This document shows, piece after piece, positions 60,401-64,000 of a DNA stretch of 64,000 bases (its first letter is position 1; each line of letters starts with the position of its first letter). The position numbers were made by a program, and so were the translations under genes. The stretch lies in NCBI RefSeq assembly GCF_036321535.1, contig NC_087457.1:26164001-26228000 (forward strand), in the 5' to 3' direction. The stretch comes from Camelus dromedarius (Eukaryota). Below the pieces are notes generated by a model that saw only the letters and a list, made by a program, of their open reading frames with translations, did no database searches and had not been told where the DNA came from.

Positions 60401-61292
60401 TCACAATATATTTATGCTAGATTTCATATATACATCTTTTCATTATATTTCTTTATATTCCCCACAGTGCCCAACAAACAAAAGATGTACAGCATACTCT
60501 TGCTTGTTTATTTTTGAGCACCATGTCCTTTACGAGGCTAGCACATAGCAAGCACTTCCTCCTACTTTCCTAATTTGTCAAAAATTATGACAAATCCACT
60601 CTACTGCCCCAAAACATAAAAGGAGACAGCAGAAAGAGAAAAACGTGTGTGCTTTTTTAAGTTCTATGGCTTATTAACTCTAAGCTATGATATTCAAGAC
60701 ATCTTTTTTTTTCCAAGACATTTCCATTTAAGTTCAAATCTCCATTCCCTAATTTCATCCTTAACGTCTCACACTCCACTCATTTCCTGGTATTTCTGTG
60801 GATGTTGTTTTAGTTTTACTCTTAAACTCATTCTATTATTTTTCAGCCCATGAATACAGTCACTTTTTCTCTAAGCACAGCTTCATTTCTGTCATTACAA
60901 TTTTTTTAAAACTAACTGACACTAGATATGTCATTATTTTTCATAATTAATATAAATGGTTAATGAGTCATAGGGGTATTTTTCCTAAATGACATTAAGA
61001 TTGGAATTAAATTCTTTTCGTAAAATATGTGGCCTGAAATGAAGACAAACAATAGATTATTTTGGAAATCTTAAGTTACAGTGCCCTAAAAACAAAGATA
61101 AGAAAATATTACCTCTTTACAGCTTTTAGCAAAATTAAAAGCTTGAGTTTGCCGATGAAATAGTTTCCAAATGGAGGGTGGTTCTTCTGGTTTGGACAGT
61201 CTTGGTCTGTACACCATGGACAACGGCTTCCTCTCATATTGGGATGCTCGTTCTTCAATTTGCTTCAGTCTTGCTTCCCACTTCCTCTTCAT
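33156..61292 (-). CDS. PRIMPOL: DNA-directed primase/polymerase PrimPol (CCDC111), 12 coding exons, 557 aa
   Basis: complement(join 61113..61292,59347..59444,58299..58428,54382..54529,50341..50628,43283..43445,41394..41482,39570..39659,39380..39488,35046..35128,34920..34966,33156..33404) = 1674 nt, open. AEP motifs DLE, SxH and D (FVDLG), WFYY, UL52-type Zn finger C-H-C-C and RPA-binding motifs are all present. Confidence 0.97.
34109..34423 (+). mobile_element. MLT1A/MST-type solo LTR inside an old L1 fragment
   Basis: TG...CA ends (tgtcatagactgaatg... ctaagaca), near-perfect 5-bp TSD agact/agatt. L1ME-like sequence flanks it at about 33790-34100 and 34430-34590. Confidence 0.88.
34920..34966 (-). 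CDS. PRIMPOL: PRIMPOL coding exon 11 ([16 protein letters not shown])
   Basis: gattcag acceptor, gtaagg donor, 47 nt. Confidence 0.95.
35046..35128 (-). CDS. PRIMPOL: PRIMPOL coding exon 10 ([27 protein letters not shown])
   Basis: gtaaag acceptor, gtgag donor, 83 nt. Holds the last two Zn-finger cysteines. Confidence 0.97.
35190..36220 (+). mobile_element. Highly decayed LINE1 ORF2 (endonuclease region)
   Basis: A-rich, with L1 motifs (cacattctctgaccacaaagc; ggaaattagaatatgcttagaactgagtg). Confidence 0.7.
36372..37160 (+). mobile_element. Charlie1-family hAT element split by an L1 3' end
   Basis: TIR-like ends ctgcagttcccaaac and tgggaacctctg. Transposase 3' remnant gagtggcaatatccagcctgattccaagg. 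Confidence 0.75.
36713..36972 (+). mobile_element. LINE1 3' end (L1MA9-like)
   Basis: aaaaggtccaaacttccagttataaattaagtcatggagatgtaatgtacag... atgtcaattata and an A-rich tail. Confidence 0.85.
37550..38345 (+). mobile_element. Old LINE1 3' fragment (L1ME/L1MD-like)
   Basis: attagtaatcagggaaattcagatgaaaaccacag... cagcaatcctacttctag motifs. Confidence 0.78.
39380..39488 (-). CDS. PRIMPOL: PRIMPOL coding exon 9 ([37 protein letters not shown])
   Basis: atttcag acceptor, gtaagt donor, 109 nt. Holds the first Zn-finger Cys and His. Confidence 0.97.
39570..39659 (-). CDS. PRIMPOL: PRIMPOL coding exon 8 ([30 protein letters not shown])
   Basis: gttgcag acceptor, gtaaaa donor, 90 nt. Confidence 0.96.
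40019..40504 (+). mobile_element. ERV1-class solo LTR (MER34/MER39-like)
   Basis: TG...CA ends, internal AATAAA at 40441-40446, recalled motif aaccatgtctgaacacagacaaaacatga. Confidence 0.72.
41394..41482 (-). CDS. PRIMPOL: PRIMPOL coding exon 7 ([29 protein letters not shown])
   Basis: ttcttcag acceptor, gtaatt donor, 89 nt. Confidence 0.95.
42200..42360 (-). mobile_element. MIR
   Basis: catttactgagcagataccatgtgccaggcactg... atttaatcttcacaac. Confidence 0.8.
43283..43445 (-). CDS. PRIMPOL: PRIMPOL coding exon 6 ([19 protein letters not shown]...LVSHVR)
   Basis: gctttag acceptor, gtatac donor, 163 nt. Confidence 0.97.
43552..49039 (+). mobile_element. Near-full-length inactive LINE1 (5' UTR, ORF1, ORF2 endonuclease and RT), 3' end missing
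   Basis: L1 5' motif at 43560, ORF1 remnants at about 45000-45860, ORF2 start atggcaataagt at about 46305, RT motif TTT GCA GAT GAC (FADD) at 48303-48314. Many stops and indels. Confidence 0.93.
48323..48725 (+). mobile_element. Tigger4 (Zombi)-family element inserted in L1 ORF2
   Basis: gtcccaataaacccactgtaagttgaaaatatc... catagtttagcctagcct... gaaagtgaaaaacagaatgg. The right end is lost in the N gap. Confidence 0.82.
49040..49497 (+). mobile_element. Tigger1 internal-deletion derivative
   Basis: Preceded by TA. Ends caagcataactcag... and ...aaaacgaggtactcctg resemble the Tigger1 TIRs. Confidence 0.87.
49620..50040 (+). mobile_element. Old ERVL-type LTR-like element
   Basis: tg...ca boundaries and a terminal aattaaacctctcaaca. 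Family uncertain. Confidence 0.45.
50341..50628 (-). CDS. PRIMPOL: PRIMPOL coding exon 5 ([11 protein letters not shown]...KHLFVDL)
   Basis: ctctttag acceptor, gtaagt donor, 288 nt. Holds the motif III Asp (human D280). Confidence 0.97.
52556..52590 (+). repeat. 18-bp tandem duplication
   Basis: agatttctattctccacc followed by agatttctattctccac. Confidence 0.9.
53100..53560 (-). mobile_element. LINE2 fragment
   Basis: atttctatttgggtgcctgagtggatggcggtaccac... ctgagagtcactgacacagatagg. Confidence 0.6.
54382..54529 (-). CDS. PRIMPOL: PRIMPOL coding exon 4 ([10 protein letters not shown]...[21 protein letters not shown])
   Basis: gttttcag acceptor, gtaagt donor, 148 nt. Holds motif II SxH (here SHH). 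Confidence 0.97.
55010..55228 (+). mobile_element. MIR
   Basis: ggagtcagaaagatctaggtttgagttctggctttgccacttacc... cagcacctggcaca. Confidence 0.85.
55600..56020 (+). mobile_element. MLT1J/I-like solo LTR
   Basis: ttcccttgcagtaaggtgtgaccatacgagtaagttctggccaa... cttgtttaagccact. Confidence 0.75.
56270..56385 (+). mobile_element. Short LINE1 3' end
   Basis: aatggagtataatctataaaaattttgaatcactgttgtacttctgaaactaacaca... aactatacctcaa. Confidence 0.8.
58299..58428 (-). CDS. PRIMPOL: PRIMPOL coding exon 3 ([24 protein letters not shown]...LLIE)
   Basis: aattcag acceptor, gtaaat donor, 130 nt. Holds catalytic motif I DxE. Confidence 0.97.
59347..59444 (-). CDS. PRIMPOL: PRIMPOL coding exon 2 ([33 protein letters not shown])
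   Basis: tataaag acceptor, gtaagt donor, 98 nt. Holds the WFYY motif. Confidence 0.97.
61113..61292 (-). CDS. PRIMPOL: PRIMPOL first coding exon ([15 protein letters not shown]...KSCKE)
   Basis: ATG at 61292-61290, donor GAG/gtaata, 180 nt coding. The exon extends 5' to an acceptor at 61342 or 61339. Confidence 0.97.
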
Positions 61293-61459
61293 TGCTTCAG
61301 AAGTATGGGGAGACTAGGTCCTTTCCCATGTATCAATTACTACTAAAACAAAAAAACAGACATCAACTTCCTCATTCAAAATATATTTTGTTTCGTAGAA
61401 CTAATTTCTGCTTATTTCCTTGTCTGCTTTACATCTTATGTTTTGCATAAAGTTTTAGT

Positions 61460-61835
61460 TAACGTGAAACAAGAACAGAGCTGGTTATCAGAAATCTTTA
61501 GATCCTGACTCTTCCATCTAATAGTGCTATTTTTTTTTTTTTAACTGTATTATTTAATTATCTTATTTTGGAAGTGAGGGGGGGAGGTAATTAGGTTTAT
61601 TTATTTTTAGAAGAGATACTGGGGATTGAACCCAGGACCTCATGCATGCTAAGCATGCGCTCTACCACTTGAGCTATACCCTCTCTCTCTAATAGTGCTA
61701 TGGTTTTGGACACAATAGTGAAGCTCCCTGAATCTTAATCAGCTGCAAAATGAGAATCAATATCAGCTTTATGTCGTTATCTTGAGGATAAATATGGTAA
61801 GACATGAAAATGTTTTGCAAATTATAATGCCTCAC
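61460..61835 (+). mobile_element. MIR split by a camelid SINE
   Basis: MIR core pieces on both sides of the SINE (gatcctgactcttccatct... / ...cagctgcaaaatgagaatc). Confidence 0.65.
61531..61687 (-). mobile_element. Camelid tRNA-derived SINE (Vic-1-like)
   Basis: Near-consensus head and poly-A tail. Perfect 14-bp TSD tctaatagtgctat at 61517-61530 and 61688-61701. Confidence 0.95.
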
Positions 61836-62309
61836 GTATATATGTATGTTTTTTGTATCACCATGGTTTTTATTACAATAATTTTATTGCATCAAGTGCC
61901 ATCTGCCTTGCCCAGCTGGTGCTCCTACCTTGGCCATCATTCTTGTGCTATTATTGCTTTTCTCTTCTCCCAAAACAACAGTTAGCTGGGAGGATAACCC
62001 AATGTATGAATGGGAATTAAAATATTGGCTAGTTTTGGCTTGGGATATATGGTAATCATAAGCATGACTTAAAAAAGACTAAATCTTAACCTATGTCTGT
62101 TAATTTAATGACTGTATTTTTGTGACTAGTCAATGTGAAATGACTGTATTTTATTCTTTGTTTATTAATGACATGTGTTTGTTTACATACAATGCTTCCT
62201 TGTTAGCCATGCCAAAATAGGGGGGCCAGGCAATACCTTTCCAATTTGGGATTACGGTTTACTTACAAAGGAAACAGGATAGGTTTTTAGAAGGGGAAAA
62301 AGCTACCAT

Positions 62310-62943
62310 TGTAGATTAAAAATGGGCATAAATTCTCCAGCATTCCTCCCATCAAGAGATGCCAGTTGGGGGAAGGATATAGCTCAAGTGCTAGAGCGCA
62401 TGCTCAGTACCCAAGAGGTCCCAGGTTCAATCCCCAGTACCTTCTCCAAGTGGAAATCAATGAAGAAACCTAATTACCTCCCCCTCAGAAAAACAAACAA
62501 TACAAGCAAAAAAGAGATGCCAGCTAAGCCCATTCCCATACTAACTCCGGTCTTGGCCATGTGACTTGCTTTGGCCAGTGTCACATCGACAGATGCGAAG
62601 CAAGCAGAGGATTAATAACTGCTTTTGCATTGGATTTGGCAATCCTGGAGTCCTGCCCAGAGATTCATGCTGTAACTCTGGACTTCTAGAGGACAAAAGG
62701 CCATCTGGAGAAGAACCAAGAACCCTGGCTAATAGCCAGCACCAACTGTCAGATACGTGAGTTGAGCCATTTTGGTTCATCCAGCCATCATTTGAATTAA
62801 ATGCTTGATTAAGCCCGAGTGAGTTCAGGTGAGAGATCCAGTAAAGAACCGCCCAGCCAACGCACAGAACTCTTAAGAAAAAATTGGTTTTTTCAAGCCA
62901 GCAAGTTTTGGCCTGGCTTTTACACAGAAATAGATAACTGATA
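62310..62943 (+). mobile_element. MLT1F/G-like solo LTR split by a SINE
   Basis: tgtagattaaaaatggg... ctcccatcaagag start; ggccatgtgacttgctttggcca; end gaaatagataactgata. Confidence 0.82.
62368..62511 (+). mobile_element. Camelid tRNA-derived SINE (Vic-1-like)
   Basis: Head ggggaaggatatagctcaagtg, B box aggttcaatccc. TSD aagagatgccag at 62354-62365 and 62512-62523. Confidence 0.93.
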
Positions 62944-63157
62944 ATTTCCCTTTTCACTAATACCATCTATGTCATAATTTACATATGTAGAAAACAGACA
63001 CATTAGTTTAAGGGAAATAATAGCATATACTAAAGCATATGAAAGTAAAATTCCTATTTACCTTTGGCTATCAATGCCTTTCCAGTACTTGAGTTCATCA
63101 AGTTGATAAATATGCTCTTGAATTTTAGCAGAAAACTTTGCAACAACACCAACTCAC

Positions 63158-63198
63158 CGGCAAATGATATATTCCCTGGAAGGAGAAATCGAATCACC
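63158..63198 (-). other. PRIMPOL: Probable PRIMPOL 5' UTR exon (41 nt; alternative donor would give 63062-63198)
   Basis: Strong acceptor ccctctcttaatcttttag and consensus donor CCG/gtgagt. Human PRIMPOL has non-coding exons before the ATG exon. The promoter lies beyond the window. Confidence 0.6.
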
Positions 63199-64000
63199 CT
63201 AAAAGATTAAGAGAGGGTAGGAATGTCATGACATTGTTTAAAAAAAAGTGACTTCAACCATAACAGACCTAAAAAAGATTATTCTCTCAGAGTTGCACCT
63301 AATCCACACAAAATTTATAAATTATAAACCAAGAAACAAATAAAATTCTAAAGATCTCAACATTAATTCCATAACAGATATGCCTAGGAAAGGAATATAT
63401 AATTTCCCTGTACTGAAGAGATGGAAAAATTTTTAATACAGCTGTGTTAATTTTTCAAAGTGATATGACTCCTTATTGCTAGAGTCTGATTTTTCAGTTT
63501 ACTTTAATCCACTTCACATGCAAATAAAAATCCCCTCCATTTAGACAGCCTAATTGAGAAACTGAGTTTCTTCTATGAAACTAACTTTCAATAAAGTCCA
63601 CTGATTACTTAAGAAAATGAACACAGAATGCAATCAGATGTGGACTATGGTTCTAGCACCTAACCAATAACTGACTAGAAATTACCACGTGGATGTTCAC
63701 ACTTAATCACACTGACATCAGGAAAATTATTTCTGGTTTTGTAAAAATACTGGCACAACCACAGGAGTGTATCATATATGAAAATCACAGTCACAATTAA
63801 CAACCAGTTTAAGACTTACTGGACTGAAAAAAAAATCATGCACGTCAACAGAAAAAAAAGTTCAAAATATTTGATGCCCTCTTGTTCTGTGCACAGTTTG
63901 AAAATTTTAACAGCTGGGCAGGAGGGTTGAATGTCAAAAGCAAAGGAAATGAAGAACAGGAAGACTTCTGGATTTGAACTATCATATTCCTCATCCCTAC

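Noticed and set aside
1-64000. CRISPR arrays, operons, rRNA, snoRNA/miRNA genes or a NUMT
   Set aside because: Spliced mammalian locus with no regularly spaced repeat-spacer array and no sequence I recognise as rRNA, a known small RNA or mtDNA. An Infernal/Rfam scan would be decisive.

Overview
Mammalian genomic DNA, almost certainly a camelid (camel/alpaca lineage), inferred from four tRNA-derived Vic-1-type SINEs. The window covers the conserved ACSL1-CENPU-PRIMPOL block. It holds the last coding exon and 3' UTR of ACSL1 (+), the complete 13-exon CENPU CDS (+, 10699-32622, 412 aa) behind a CpG-island promoter, and the complete PRIMPOL CDS (-, 61292-33156, 12 coding exons, 557 aa) plus a probable 5' UTR exon. 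All exon boundaries were read by hand, are GT-AG and phase-consistent. The remainder is intron or intergenic DNA dense in LINE1, L2, MIR, MaLR/ERV LTRs and Tigger/Charlie DNA transposons, with seven N gaps. I see no novel multi-gene system. The best leads are regulatory: apparent loss of the CDK1 S-T-P priming site in CENP-U, loss of the -3 Arg at the CHK1 site of PrimPol, a uORF ending 4 nt before the PRIMPOL ATG, an L1 5' UTR with perfect splice donors facing PRIMPOL exon 8, a possible SINE-driven truncated CENP-U, an intragenic duplication, and small CpG-rich islands. Repeat family names and human residue numbers come from recall and need database confirmation.
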